Counted from the stretch's first letter, positions 18,675-27,820 are shown. The stretch: 64,000 nucleotides of DNA from Candidatus Multivoradales bacterium (GCA_965248925.1 CBDFLE010000005.1:607135-671134), one strand, 5' to 3'. The notes: generated by a model not told the origin, from the sequence alone. Program-made: numbers and translations.

Positions 18675-20543
18675 GTGATGTCCAAAAGCGAGCCCAAGAA
18701 GAGTCCTGCCCACGGCGAGCGCGAGTTCGCTAGCGGCATCTTGCCTCTGCTCAACTCCCAGAGCATAGTGCCGTTTCGCCGCGGCAGGCACGCGGGGCGG
18801 AAGGCTGAGGCACAGCTGCCTCAGCGCTACGAGATTCGCGACAGCGACGACGGTCGCACCCTGTATTGCAAGGAAGCACCGGCAGTGGCGGTGCAGCTAG
18901 ATCGATCCTATGCCTTCAGCGAGGCCGAGGCTCGACGGCTCGGCGAGCGGGTGGTGATGCTCGACGGCGCCGGGCAATTCGCGCCGCTGGTAGATTCCAC
19001 CGCCCAGCTCTACAACTTCGACCACCACCGCGACTGTCAGCGTGCCTTCACTTTGGCGACCTGCGAGCAAGCTCTGGTGATGGTCATCAAGGGGCTGGAA
19101 CTCGACAAGGGAGTGTGGACTCTCTACGCCAACGAGCCCGATCTCGACACTATTTTCGCCCTCTGGGTGTTGCTTAATCATCGCCGAGTCCGCAACCTCG
19201 ACACCCGCGGTCGCGATGCCCTGCTTCCCCTGCTGCGCCTCGAGGGTGCGATCGACGCCAACGGCAATGATGTAGCCGAGTTCTGTGGCCTGCCGCGCAA
19301 CCTGCTCCGCAAGACTCAAGCGAAGCTCGACGGCTTGTTCGCCAAAGAGCTGGCGGTCAAAAGCGGCGGTGAGTGGGAAACTCTCGATCACTACCAATAC
19401 GTCATCGAGATGCTCAGTGAAATCGATCAGCTGATCTACCGGCTGGAAGATTTCTCCGACTTCGTCAGCGTCGACAAGGAACTCGGCCATGTCGAGATCG
19501 GTCAAGATCGGGTGGCGGTGCTGGTCAGCGATGCCACTGGCATCTATGAGGTCGAGAAGAGGCTGAAGAAATTCTGGGGGGAGCGCTTGGGCATCGTCGC
19601 TCTGGCCAAAGATCAGCGTCACTGGACCTTGAGGCGGACGGCGTCGTTCGCCGGCATCGACCTCGATCTGGCTTACGCCAAGCTCAACTTGTTGGATCGC
19701 TCAGTAGATGGGCGGCCGGCGGAGAAGCGTTGGGGCGGCTCCGACGAGATCGGCGGTTCGCCGCGACCGGTGGGCACTGCTCTTTCCGCTGGCGAGATCG
19801 CCAAGATCCTCCGCCTGGCCTATCGTCAACCGCCACGTTGGCTAGGCCTCCAGCATGTCGCCATGGCAGCTTTGTGGACCGTTCTGCTGGGCCTACTCAG
19901 CTGGGTTCTGGTTCTTGGCTTGCGTTTCCTGCCGCAACTTCAGACCGAGGTTTTGCGGCCAACGACCGAACTTACGGTCCTTGGCGGAGTCTTGGCGCTC
20001 GCCGCTATTCTCTTCACTTTTGGCCTGGCGCGGCAGCGAACCTACATCTTTGGCTGGCGCCGTCCGGCGGGTTGGGATGGGTTGTTGTTGCTCCCGGCGG
20101 TGCTGCTTGGCGCCGCCATGGGAGGAGCTTGGGCAATTCCCATGGCTGAGCACGGCTTGGCTTCGCCGCTGCTGGCCAGCGTCGCGATCGGCGTCGGTGT
20201 GCTGGGCCGAGAGTTCTGGTTTCGCGGCGTGGTGCACGGTCGTCTCTTGCTAGATGCCCCGGTGATGTCCGTCGGCGGTCCCTGGCTGCTATCTCGAGCC
20301 AGCGCCGTGTCGGCGGTTCTTGGGGCTCTTTTTTGCCTAGGTCTGACGGCCGTTCCACTAGCGGAGGCGCCGGTCTCGACCGTCGGCTGGTTGCGCCCGT
20401 TCCTGCCAGCGCTCGGAGCACTGTTCGCCGGTCTTGGTCTGGGCATGATGCGAGAGCGTTCGCTCAGCGTCTGGCCCGGTGTTCTAGCTCAGCTGCTCGG
20501 TGTTGGCGCCTGGCTGATCTGCCGTCTATTGCTGCTCGGCTGA
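18675..20543 (+). CDS. Two-domain protein: soluble N-terminal domain of unknown function fused to a C-terminal polytopic membrane domain resembling CPBP/Abi intramembrane metalloproteases
   Basis: Residues about 1-380 are soluble with no motif recognised. Residues about 390-622 have about 6 TM helices with 'AEHGLASP' and 'GREFWFRGVVHGRLL' (an EExxxR / FxxxH-like arrangement). The CPBP assignment is tentative. Confidence 0.45.
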   Translation: MMSKSEPKKSPAHGEREFASGILPLLNSQSIVPFRRGRHAGRKAEAQLPQRYEIRDSDDGRTLYCKEAPAVAVQLDRSYAFSEAEARRLGERVVMLDGAGQFAPLVDSTAQLYNFDHHRDCQRAFTLATCEQALVMVIKGLELDKGVWTLYANEPDLDTIFALWVLLNHRRVRNLDTRGRDALLPLLRLEGAIDANGNDVAEFCGLPRNLLRKTQAKLDGLFAKELAVKSGGEWETLDHYQYVIEMLSEIDQLIYRLEDFSDFVSVDKELGHVEIGQDRVAVLVSDATGIYEVEKRLKKFWGERLGIVALAKDQRHWTLRRTASFAGIDLDLAYAKLNLLDRSVDGRPAEKRWGGSDEIGGSPRPVGTALSAGEIAKILRLAYRQPPRWLGLQHVAMAALWTVLLGLLSWVLVLGLRFLPQLQTEVLRPTTELTVLGGVLALAAILFTFGLARQRTYIFGWRRPAGWDGLLLLPAVLLGAAMGGAWAIPMAEHGLASPLLASVAIGVGVLGREFWFRGVVHGRLLLDAPVMSVGGPWLLSRASAVSAVLGALFCLGLTAVPLAEAPVSTVGWLRPFLPALGALFAGLGLGMMRERSLSVWPGVLAQLLGVGAWLICRLLLLG

Positions 20544-20622
20544 GAGCTGCCAAGGTGGATTGGCTTGTGCTAGGATGCGCAGCCGCGGCGCCCCCGAGTC
20601 AGCTGTGGTTCGCGGCTTCAAA

Positions 20623-20699
20623 GTCCCTATCGTCTAGCCAGGTCAGGACTCCAGCCTTTCAAGCTGGCAACACGGGTTCGAATCCCGTTGGGGATACCA
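20623..20699 (+). tRNA. tRNA-Glu (anticodon TTC)
   Basis: GTCCCTATCGTCTAGCC...GGTCAGGAC D-arm typical of tRNA-Glu. Anticodon loop cTTTCaa gives TTC. T-arm GGTTCGAATCC. CCA encoded. Confidence 0.85.
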
Positions 20700-20711
20700 C
20701 GAAGCCGACCC

Positions 20712-20755
20712 CCCTTTTCTTCTCTAGCCATTTCCCTTTTCTTCTCTAGCCATTT
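20712..20755 (+). repeat. Perfect 22-bp tandem duplication (CCCTTTTCTTCTCTAGCCATTT x2) immediately 3' of tRNA-Glu
   Basis: Two identical, directly abutting copies, read directly from the sequence. 13 bp downstream of the tRNA 3' end. Confidence 0.8.
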
Positions 20756-20794
20756 ATAGATACAGTCGGCCCTCACCGCTGGGGGGCGAGTTCG

Positions 20795-21181
20795 ATGCTA
20801 CAAATTTTAGTGGAGTTGTCTGCGCTCTACGGCGGGGCAGCCGAGATCCCAACTGCGGTGGAGCGCCTGCCTGGTCCTGATGGGCAGTTGATCGACCTCG
20901 GTCAGGAAGCTCGAGACCAGCTGCAGCGAGCGGTGGCGAAGCTGCCGCCGCGAATGCGCAGCTGTGTCGAGTTGCGCCTGCAGCTGCTGGGGTATCAGGA
21001 AATAGCTGAGACCTTGGAACTCTCGCCGCAGACGGTGCGGACACAGATATTCATGGCCCGGCGGCGCTTGCGCCACAGCTTGGGGATTGCCGAGGATCTT
21101 GGCGGTTCAAGGGTGGCTACGGCAGCTGCAAGAACACCGCAGTCGGCACCGGCAAAAAGAAACGCTAAAGGGGAGTTCTAA
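20795..21181 (+). pseudogene. ECF (sigma-70 family) sigma factor fragment: regions 3-4 only, region 2 missing
   Basis: 'LPPRMRSCVELRLQLLGYQEIAETLELSPQTVRTQIFMARRRLRHSL' is a textbook sigma-70 region-4 HTH. Nothing upstream in frame encodes region 2 (an in-frame stop at 20758 and the tRNA lie there). Confidence 0.5.
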
Positions 21182-21310
21182 GTGGCCGGAGGTAGCGAGA
21201 GAGGGGGGGATCGTGTCCGGTCGAGTAAGCAGGTTGCGACCTCCGGCCAAGGGAACATTAGCAAACTGTAGTTCTGTCGACTGCCCAAAACTACTAGGCT
21301 TTCGTTCTGA

Positions 21311-21338
21311 GAAAGAGACTCTTGGAAAGAGACTCTTG
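21311..21338 (+). promoter_or_regulatory. Tandem direct repeat of a 14-mer (GAAAGAGACTCTTG x2), each containing the palindrome AAGAGaCTCTT; candidate regulator-binding array upstream of the dipeptidase gene
   Basis: Seen in the sequence about 210 bp upstream of the M19 dipeptidase start. Lies in a lower-GC spacer. Confidence 0.4.
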
Positions 21339-21549
21339 AAATACATGTTGAACGAATGTCGCGCCAGGTGGCAATCGAGCTGCCAAGGTTGGCGCGAACA
21401 CGGCAGCTGTTGTTAGGGCCATTGACCCGGTCGCGGAATTGGCGTCAACATCTCACGGCCAGTGGTGCGTCGCTAGCAGGATGGTGGCTTGCGGTTAGAA
21501 TGCCCTTCCCGGTCCACGGCCGATTCACCACCCGCTGTCAGGAGAACCC

Positions 21550-22857
21550 ATGATCGCTAGAGCTTCTTTCACTGTCTTTCTTATGGGCGCCATTGCTTTA
21601 CCTACTGTTGGCTTGGCCGCCGCTACTTGTCAGGTGCCTGGGCTCGATGCCAAATTCGTGCACCATGCCCGCCAGCTGCTCGACCAAGTGCCGCTGATCG
21701 ACGGTCATAACGACCTCCCCTGGGCGATCCGCGAGCAAGTCGGCAACCGCTTGCGGAAGATCGACCTGAGCGCGGATCTCAGCCTTGCCGAAGAACCCAC
21801 TCACACCGACCTGGGACGATTGGAGCGCGGTGGCATGGGGGCCCAATTCTGGTCGGTGTACGTACCGGTGGATTTAGCGGGAGCCGACGCGGTGCAGGCG
21901 GTGATCGAGCAGATCGACGTCGTTCACCGCCTAGCCGAGCACTATCCTGAGGCCTTTGAGTTGGCGCTCAGCGCGGCCGATGTGCTGCGGATTCACCACG
22001 AAGGCAAGGTGGCCTCGTTGATCGGTATCGAGGGAGGCCACTCGATCGGTGATTCGCTGGCGGTTCTGCGGCAGCTCTACGGTATTGGTGCGCGCTATAT
22101 GACGATCACCCATTGGCGGCATAACAACTGGGCCGATGCCGCCACCAGTAAGCCGGTGCATGGAGGCTTGAGTGATTTCGGCCGCGAAGTGATTCGCGAG
22201 ATGAACAGGCTGGGCATGTTGGTCGACCTTTCGCACGTCTCAGAAGCGACTATGAACGCGACCCTCGATATTGCGCTGGCACCAGTGATCTTCTCCCATT
22301 CCTCGGCCCGCGGCGTGGCTGCCCATCCCCGTAACGTTCCTGACGCGGTGTTGGGTCGATTGAAAGAGAATGGCGGCGTAGTGATGGTGACTTTCGTGCC
22401 CAGCTTCCTCTCCGAAGAGTTGCGTCAACACGGCGCTCGGGAAGATGCTGAAGAGGCCCGCCTGGATACCCTCTTCATCGGCGATCCGGAAGGGCGCGAC
22501 GCGGCTCTTGAGCAGTGGAAGCAAGCCCATCCAGCGCCGCGGGCGACCCTTGCTCATGCCGCCGACCACATTGAGCATATCCGCCGCGTTGCGGGCCTGG
22601 AGCAGGTGGGTATCGGCTCTGATTTCGATGGCATTTCAGCCGTACCGGCGGGGCTTGAAGATGTTTCCTGTTTTCCGGCTCTGCTCGGCGAACTGCTGCG
22701 TCGCGGTTGGACCGACGAGGATATCCGCCAACTCGCTGGCCTCAACCTGCTGCGGGTGATGCGGCGGGCGGAAGCGGTAGCCGGCGAGCTGCGCGCCGAG
22801 CGGCTTTCATCAGACGTGAAGATCGATGACTTCGCCACCGCAATCGACAGCGAGTGA
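21550..22857 (+). CDS. Membrane dipeptidase, peptidase family M19 (renal-dipeptidase-like), secreted
   Basis: Signal peptide. 'VPLIDGHNDLPWAIR' M19 hallmark (zinc-binding His-Asp). 'HSIGDS', 'SHSSARG', 'GIGSDFDG'. Confidence 0.88.
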   Translation: MIARASFTVFLMGAIALPTVGLAAATCQVPGLDAKFVHHARQLLDQVPLIDGHNDLPWAIREQVGNRLRKIDLSADLSLAEEPTHTDLGRLERGGMGAQFWSVYVPVDLAGADAVQAVIEQIDVVHRLAEHYPEAFELALSAADVLRIHHEGKVASLIGIEGGHSIGDSLAVLRQLYGIGARYMTITHWRHNNWADAATSKPVHGGLSDFGREVIREMNRLGMLVDLSHVSEATMNATLDIALAPVIFSHSSARGVAAHPRNVPDAVLGRLKENGGVVMVTFVPSFLSEELRQHGAREDAEEARLDTLFIGDPEGRDAALEQWKQAHPAPRATLAHAADHIEHIRRVAGLEQVGIGSDFDGISAVPAGLEDVSCFPALLGELLRRGWTDEDIRQLAGLNLLRVMRRAEAVAGELRAERLSSDVKIDDFATAIDSE

Positions 22858-22934
22858 CAGCGAGGAAGTAGCCACCCGCCGGCTCCTGCCGCCGAGGTTC
22901 TAGGGCCTGCAATAGTCTCTGAGGAGGATCGAGA

Positions 22935-23741
22935 ATGTTCAACTCGTCTGTGTTCAGTCGTTTCTTACCGGCCGCCCTGGCGCTGACGGCGGTGGGCATT
23001 GTTGGGGTCAGGAGCGCCGCCGCAGGCGATCCGCCAGCCGCACCCGTGCCGATTGTTTTGGAGCTCTTCACTTCGCAGGGTTGTTCGAGCTGTCCGCCCG
23101 CGGATGCCTTGCTGAGTAGACTTGGCGAAGTCGACGAAAAGGGATTCCTGCTGATTCCTCTGTCCTACCATGTCGACTATTGGAACCGGCTGGGCTGGGC
23201 CGATCCTTTTTCCTCCGCGGAGTGGTCGCAGCGCCAGGCAGCCTATGCCCGAGTCCTGCCTGGAGGGCGTCTTTACACCCCGCAGTTGGTGATTAACGGT
23301 CGCCATCACGAAGTAGGCTCAAAGGGCAACCAGGTGGAAAAGCTCCTCGCTGAAGAGGGTCAGCGGCAACCCGCTGCGGAGTTGCAGGTAGAAGCCGAGC
23401 GGATGGCCGGGGGGCGACTAAAAATAGGGGTCGAAGGGCGGCTGCGCTCAGCGGTCGAAGGCTCCCTAACGCTAAGGGTGGCCCTGTGGGAGAGTGGCCT
23501 ATCCACCGCAGTCGAGCGGGGTGAGAACGCCCGTCGTAATCTCGCCAATGACTATGTCGTGCGCCGTTTGAAGAGTCGTCCGGTAGGGCTTAAGAAAGCC
23601 GGCGAAGGTCTTTCCGAGACGCTGACCCTAAGCCTAGATCCCCGCTGGCGCAGCGAGGACCTAGGGGTAGCGGTATTCCTGCAGCGGCGCGACACCTTGG
23701 CGGTGGTGGGTGCGGCGGTGAGTAGAGTGCCCGCTAGCTAG
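22935..23741 (+). CDS. DUF1223-family thioredoxin-like secreted protein
   Basis: Signal peptide. 'LELFTSQGCSSCPPADALL' and 'YHVDYWNRLGWADPFS' are the two signature blocks of DUF1223. Confidence 0.7.
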   Translation: MFNSSVFSRFLPAALALTAVGIVGVRSAAAGDPPAAPVPIVLELFTSQGCSSCPPADALLSRLGEVDEKGFLLIPLSYHVDYWNRLGWADPFSSAEWSQRQAAYARVLPGGRLYTPQLVINGRHHEVGSKGNQVEKLLAEEGQRQPAAELQVEAERMAGGRLKIGVEGRLRSAVEGSLTLRVALWESGLSTAVERGENARRNLANDYVVRRLKSRPVGLKKAGEGLSETLTLSLDPRWRSEDLGVAVFLQRRDTLAVVGAAVSRVPAS

Positions 23742-23986
23742 CTCATTTCACTCTGCGGACATGGAGAAGCGAAGGCAAGTTAGCTATAGTGCTACTCGGC
23801 GGTTGGCGAGGTGCAAGACCTCTGCGAGCCGCCGCATTATTCATCAATTTCAACCGCTTGGCCGAAGGCCCGGGCAGTGCGCCTGGAGCTTGCAACGTGA
23901 TGGCGTTGGCCGGGCGGGCGAGGGCCTGCCGCATGGTCGCGGACGACAAGGAAATAGGGGCATCGGGGGGGACGGGCGAATTCTCC

Positions 23987-25981
23987 ATGCCTGGGCAGAT
24001 CGATGCCCAGTTCAAGAAATTTGCCGACTTTGTGGACCAGTATTCCGGTCTGATCTCGCTCAAGGGCATTTTCTTCGCCAGCAACGAGCCTGAACCGGTG
24101 GGCTCTCAGTTGGTGCTGGACTTTCGCTTGGTAGATGACTTCAGGCTGTTCAACGCGCTCGGCGAAGTGGCCTGGATCGGCACCGATGACGAGCCAGTGA
24201 GGCTCAACGGTCAAGCGGTTAGCGGTATGGGAATCCGCTTTCAAGCGCTGGATGCCAAAGGCCGTAACCTGATCGTGAGAGTGCTGGAAGAGCACGTCAA
24301 CATGGGCGGCGCGCCCTTCGAAGTTGAGAGAGTTCCCCCGGTCGCCCTGCTGGATATTCCTGGTGTGGCGGCGAGGCCTGAACCTGACCTTGATCCCGGT
24401 GTTGCCGAGCAGCTCCAGGCCGAGCCCGAACTAGAGTTCGAGGAAGAAGATGAAGTGCAGCTGGAGGACGAACTCGAGTTGCTCGACGACGACGAGGTAG
24501 AATTGGCGATGGAGGAGCCAGACACAGCGACGCCCGAGGTGACGCCCGAGGCTCCTTCGTTGCCCGAGCAACCGAGTCTCGAAGCCGCGGATGGTTCGCA
24601 GGACGGCCCTGAGGCCGTCGAGGTCATCGCTGGAGCTGAGCTGGCCGACCGTCTGGGCTCTTTGCCCGGGGAACCGAGTACCGCACTTCCCGGTTTTGAG
24701 TTCGGGGAAGACTTCGATGCCCTATTCGAGACCGATTCGGATGCTGATCAACCGCCGCCGGAAAACAGCGAGGAAGACACGGTTAGCGATGTGACTCCGC
24801 CGCAAGCGTCGGTTGCAGCGGCCGCCGACGGGGATGAAGAGAAGCCTCATATCCACCGCTTGAGCAATCCCAGCGACCCCAACGATCGCAGTGGACCGAT
24901 GCCAGACTTGCAGTGGGGAGAAGAGATCCCCGGCTTGGAAAGCGAACTCGCCAACTCCCTGCCACCGGCCAGCGCGCAGCTGGACGATAGCGCCTTGGAC
25001 TCGCAACCAACGAAGCTGTCCAGCAGTGACCTATCGCCTGCCGCTGACGCCGCGGTTGAGGAGAGTGGCGATGTTCTTGGCGATCTCGGGTCGCCAGTGA
25101 CTACGACTGGGGATTTCTTGGTTCCGGCACGCGAGGAGGCCGAGTCGCCATTGGAGGAAACTCAGGACTCCTATGTCGCCTGGCGCCCGGAAGGGCTTGG
25201 CAAGAGGGGGATAGGGAGCGGGATAGCTCAGCGAGCGCGGTCTGCCCGTCCACAACTCCTCGCCCTGACTCTGATCCTTGTCTTGGCCGCTTTGGGCTGG
25301 CTCTATCGCGATACTCTCGTGGGTTGGGTCGGTGTTGGCTCACGGCCAGTTGCCACCGCCGAAGGGCCTGCTGTAGCCGCAGTCGCTCGGCCAGCGATGA
25401 CCGCAGATGAGGATACCGAGCAGCCGGCGCCAGAACCCGTGCAGGAGAGTTCTGTGACGACCGAGCCCTCAGCGGTTGTGGGCACCACGGACCCTTCCTC
25501 GCCGCCCGCCGCAGCAGCGCCCGACGGCTCCGGTGGCGAAGAGACTCCACGCGCCCGAGTTGACGATTCTTTGGCGTCCCCCGGTGGCAGGGTCGCGGTG
25601 GCAGAGCCGTTGATTTCGCGGCAGGGCAGGGCGCAGTCGGCAAGTTTGATTCGGTCCATCACCTGGAGTCAAGAAGGCGACGCTACCGTGGTCACCTTGG
25701 TCGCCGATGGCGAGCTACGATCGTCGCAGCTCAAGGTCAGCCGCTTTCGCAGCCAAGTCCGGCCGCGCGATCTGCTGGTGCTCCGAGGCATAGAGCAACC
25801 TTTCACCGGTGGCACGATGCGCATCGGCAATGATCAGTTGGAACGGATCCGCATCGGTTTCCATCCGGATCACCAACCCAGCCAGCTGCATGTGGTCTTC
25901 GACCTGGCATCGTCGGCGATTGAAACCAGCGCGCCGAGAGTCGAGGGCGATCGACTGGAGATCACTTTCCGCCGTCTTTGA
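23987..25981 (+). CDS. Multidomain protein: N-terminal non-canonical PilZ-like domain - acidic/proline-rich disordered linker - single TM - low-complexity region - C-terminal AMIN-like domain
   Basis: N-terminus (about 120 aa) resembles the Myxococcus-type PilZ family (beta-rich, 'VSGMGIRFQALD' matching the D/NxSxxG-like 'PGMGVRF' block; no RxxxR). Residues about 130-400 are strongly acidic and Pro/Ser-rich. TM 'LLALTLILVLAALGWLY'. C-terminal about 100 aa ('ATVVTLVADGEL...LHVVFDLAS...LEITFRRL') fits an AMIN-type beta-sandwich. The start is uncertain (ATG 23987 or 23933; the ORF-track 23789 extension is unlikely). Confidence 0.5.
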   Translation: MPGQIDAQFKKFADFVDQYSGLISLKGIFFASNEPEPVGSQLVLDFRLVDDFRLFNALGEVAWIGTDDEPVRLNGQAVSGMGIRFQALDAKGRNLIVRVLEEHVNMGGAPFEVERVPPVALLDIPGVAARPEPDLDPGVAEQLQAEPELEFEEEDEVQLEDELELLDDDEVELAMEEPDTATPEVTPEAPSLPEQPSLEAADGSQDGPEAVEVIAGAELADRLGSLPGEPSTALPGFEFGEDFDALFETDSDADQPPPENSEEDTVSDVTPPQASVAAAADGDEEKPHIHRLSNPSDPNDRSGPMPDLQWGEEIPGLESELANSLPPASAQLDDSALDSQPTKLSSSDLSPAADAAVEESGDVLGDLGSPVTTTGDFLVPAREEAESPLEETQDSYVAWRPEGLGKRGIGSGIAQRARSARPQLLALTLILVLAALGWLYRDTLVGWVGVGSRPVATAEGPAVAAVARPAMTADEDTEQPAPEPVQESSVTTEPSAVVGTTDPSSPPAAAAPDGSGGEETPRARVDDSLASPGGRVAVAEPLISRQGRAQSASLIRSITWSQEGDATVVTLVADGELRSSQLKVSRFRSQVRPRDLLVLRGIEQPFTGGTMRIGNDQLERIRIGFHPDHQPSQLHVVFDLASSAIETSAPRVEGDRLEITFRRL

Positions 25982-26010
25982 GGTCAGGAGTTCTACCAAG
26001 CTGGCAACGA

Positions 26011-27585
26011 TCACTGTTCTGGGAAGCTGCCTGGCCCTGGCTTGAGACCGGCCAGCCGCTCGGGGTTGATCTTTGCCTTCACCGTCCGCCGATCAATTCC
26101 CAGTCGCCTGGCGGTCTCGGAATAGCTGCCGTTCTTGGCATAGATCAAGGTGCAGTAGCGGCCCACCAGCTCTTCGGCGCTCAACTCGGCGCCCACTAAT
26201 GCGGCATCGAGGCCATCGTCGGCCAGCTGAGAAGTGTTTGGCGGCAGGTAGCGCCGGCGGATCAGTACATTGCGAACACATTGCTCGAGTTCGCGTACAT
26301 TGCCAGGCCAACGGTAGTCCGGTCCGATGGCCAACCGCCCATTGTCGTCGCGACCGTGAAAAATCCATTCCACAGTCTCCTCGGCCAGACCTTCCGCCTC
26401 CTGCTCATCAACCAGCCGCTTGGCCAACAAAGTGATCAGTTGCTGCAGGTCGTCGTCCGACTCCGCCAGTTGTGCCGCCAGGGAGGGAGTTTCGATGACA
26501 TCGGCGCACAGCCGGTAGTAGAGATCAGCGCGAAAGCTGCCACGCTGGATCAGCTCTTCCATATCGCGGTTGGTGGCGGCGATGATCTTGCCGGCGAAAG
26601 GGCGCGAACGGGTCTCGCCGAGGCGTTCGAAGCTACGGCTCTGCAAAACTCGCAAGAGTTTTACCTGGATTGCCGGATCGACCTCGCCGATTTCGTCGAG
26701 AAAGACAGTGCCGAGTGCGCCGCAGGCTTCCAGCCACCCGGTGCGGTCCTGTTCGGCGCCGGTAAATGCGCCGCGGCGGTGGCCAAAAAGTTCAGACTCG
26801 ATCACTGCCGGCGCCAATGCAGAGAGATTCAGGGGGAAGAAAGAGTCCTCGGGGTCGGCTGGAAAACAGCCTGTGTTGGCGTTAAACGGCAAGTAGCGTG
26901 CTAGTCCGATAGCCCTGGCTACCAGCTCCTTGCCGGTGCCGGAAGGGCCGGTGATTAGGGTTGAGATCTCCCCCATGCGGGGGAAGAGCGAACGCCGGTA
27001 ACGGTGCAAGTCGTGGGTGAAGATGGACTGCCAGACCGTGGCACGCAAGCGCGCGGCCGGCATCGATCCGCCGAGGATGTAGTGAAAGCAGTAGTGAAAG
27101 GCTCGGCGCACTTGGAAGAAGCAGGCGAATAGGTGGTCTGTTTCCAACCTGCCGGGCAGTTCGAGCGGAAGTTCGTTGAACAGACGCGCGACCTCGTCGC
27201 GGAATTTAGGCCAGAACGAGACCGGTCGCGACAGGCCGCTAGCCGTGCTGAGAAAGTGAAAGAAATCCAGCTGGTACTTGTCGTAGAGGAAGTAAGTTGC
27301 GACCTCGTAATAGAGCTGTCGCTCGTGCAGGGTGCCTTGTCGCCCCTGACGCAGGCGATCTCCTACCCGCTGGGTGATCCGAGCTGCCCGGCGCCCCAAT
27401 TCTTGCACATTAGGGTTGGGCAGACGGAAGGACTCGGTGCGATGCCAAACCGTGCCTAAATCGACAAAGTCTTCTCCCAGCGCTAGCTGCTCACAGCGAA
27501 TCCTCTCTGGCAGGAAAGGGTTGCACTGGGTGAGACCGGCGATCGCCTCGGCAAAGTTGTGTTCCTTGGAATCGAAGAGGGGCAT
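26011..27585 (-). CDS. Sigma-54 enhancer-binding protein with a non-receiver N-terminal sensory domain (unknown fold) + AAA+ activator + Fis-type HTH
   Basis: '[16 protein letters not shown]', 'ESELFGHRRGAFTGA' (the GAFTGA sigma-54 contact loop), 'DEIGEV', 'RLLRVLQ', 'IIAATNRD', 'YRWPGNVREL'. C-terminal 'YSETARRLGIDRRTV' HTH. The first about 200 aa have no REC/GAF/PAS signature I can recognise. Confidence 0.85.
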   Translation of the reverse strand: MPLFDSKEHNFAEAIAGLTQCNPFLPERIRCEQLALGEDFVDLGTVWHRTESFRLPNPNVQELGRRAARITQRVGDRLRQGRQGTLHERQLYYEVATYFLYDKYQLDFFHFLSTASGLSRPVSFWPKFRDEVARLFNELPLELPGRLETDHLFACFFQVRRAFHYCFHYILGGSMPAARLRATVWQSIFTHDLHRYRRSLFPRMGEISTLITGPSGTGKELVARAIGLARYLPFNANTGCFPADPEDSFFPLNLSALAPAVIESELFGHRRGAFTGAEQDRTGWLEACGALGTVFLDEIGEVDPAIQVKLLRVLQSRSFERLGETRSRPFAGKIIAATNRDMEELIQRGSFRADLYYRLCADVIETPSLAAQLAESDDDLQQLITLLAKRLVDEQEAEGLAEETVEWIFHGRDDNGRLAIGPDYRWPGNVRELEQCVRNVLIRRRYLPPNTSQLADDGLDAALVGAELSAEELVGRYCTLIYAKNGSYSETARRLGIDRRTVKAKINPERLAGLKPGPGSFPEQ

Positions 27586-27820
27586 ATTGATCAGCTCGTT
27601 GAAAGTGTCAGTCTAGCAGGCCCGTCCGGGGATGAAGGCTGGGTCTTAGGCGCAGCTTGACCCCAGCAATAGGGGAGAGTAGACTGGCGTAAGTAAGGCG
27701 GATAAACCGCTGTGCAAGCCGCCGGTTGAGAAAAGCAATCAGGTGGCACTGAAGCATCCGGGCAGGTAGGTGCGAGGAGACGCGGCTTCTGGGCGGGCAG
27801 TTTTAGAGAGAGACTCCAAG

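Noticed and set aside
20712-20755. The 22-bp tandem repeat, and the 14-mer and 16-mer tandem repeats elsewhere, as a CRISPR array
   Set aside because: There are only two abutting copies with no spacers and no cas genes. The window contains no CRISPR.
23789-23986. Upstream 66-aa extension of the PilZ-AMIN gene
   Set aside because: The extension overlaps the end of the DUF1223 gene region and has no domain features. ATG 23987 or 23933 are the more plausible starts.
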